64,000 nucleotides of DNA, taken from Candidatus Gilichinskyi gelida (GTDB lineage: Bacteria > Acidobacteriota > Thermoanaerobaculia > Gp7-AA8). The stretch spans positions 109,091 to 173,090 of the forward strand of contig JBBPII010000008.1 of the NCBI GenBank assembly GCA_038040385.1, given 5' to 3'. The notes beneath the pieces were generated by a model, which was not told the origin of the DNA, ran no database searches, and worked only from the letters and a program-made list of their open reading frames with translations. Below are positions 63,681-64,000 of this stretch, piece after piece; positions within the stretch are counted from its first letter, which is position 1; every line of letters begins with the position of its first letter. The position numbers and the translations under genes were made by a program.

Positions 63681-64000
63681 CACGAGGTCGTAGCCGGCGT
63701 TGATCAGCCATAGCCCCTTCGGCGTGCTGGAGAAGATCGCGGTCGCGTACGTCGTCGCCGCGGTGAAGCCGAGCCAGCAGAGAGCGCCGACCAACGCTCC
63801 GCGCAGCGGCGTCACCGGCGCGAAGTGATTGAGGACCGTCGCCAGCACCCAGGCGACCACCAGCCCACAGATGAACGCCTGGATGAAGAGGACGGGCATG
63901 GGAGCCGCCTTCGCCTTCAGTTCCTCTTCGCTCTTGCCCATCAACGCGATCCACTTGGTCGCGAAGAGCGCCTTCGAGTACCAGAGCCCGCCGAGGATGA
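63639..64000 (-). CDS. DUF1761-family membrane protein, N-terminus beyond the window end
   Basis: The reverse-strand frame continues in-frame past 63944 as ILGGLWYSKALFATKWIALMGKSEEELK..., matching the DUF1761 WYSxxxFGKxW region. Confidence 0.5.
   Translation of the reverse strand, partial: ILGGLWYSKALFATKWIALMGKSEEELKAKAAPMPVLFIQAFICGLVVAWVLATVLNHFAPVTPLRGALVGALCWLGFTAATTYATAIFSSTPKGLWLINAGYDLVSFVLMGAILGAWR

Overview
High-GC (roughly 68-70%) bacterial chromosomal window that is densely coding and mostly housekeeping. Recognised genes include glyQ/glyS, ppdK, gpsA/plsY, a cysK–metB pair, selB, polA, moaD/moaE, argF, nfo, icd, prmC, the gcvT–gcvH–gcvPA–gcvPB operon, xerD, glmS and ogt. Mixed in are two ECF sigma / zf-HC2 anti-sigma modules, an intact VapBC pair inside a small decayed locus, a minimal nucleotidyltransferase two-gene module, and a standalone MshEN-like domain protein. 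Three genes appear degraded: a truncated response regulator, a frameshifted OMP, and a Ser/Thr kinase–TPR gene carrying two 1-nt frameshifts.

The most unusual signal is non-genic. At least three families of structured palindromic repeats are present. The main one is an ~75–100 bp REP/MITE-like palindrome in 6 copies. Its conserved left end (CG)TCATCCTGA supplies the last codons plus stop codon of four unrelated upstream genes. Its right arm supplies a start codon (prmC), a whole signal peptide (a YyaL-like thioredoxin-domain protein) or a convergent gene's C-terminus. Two further families are palindromes whose arms are tandem 7–8-mers (GTTGNC-type and GCGGTCTC-type), and there is one nested palindrome. 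Two of these elements sit in-frame inside essential genes (selB and glmS) as ~20–36 aa insertions. No rRNA, tRNA or CRISPR array was detected. The taxon is unknown; the kinase–TPR and YyaL features suggest an Acidobacteriota/Gemmatimonadota-like organism, but this is inference only. Some gene starts are approximate.
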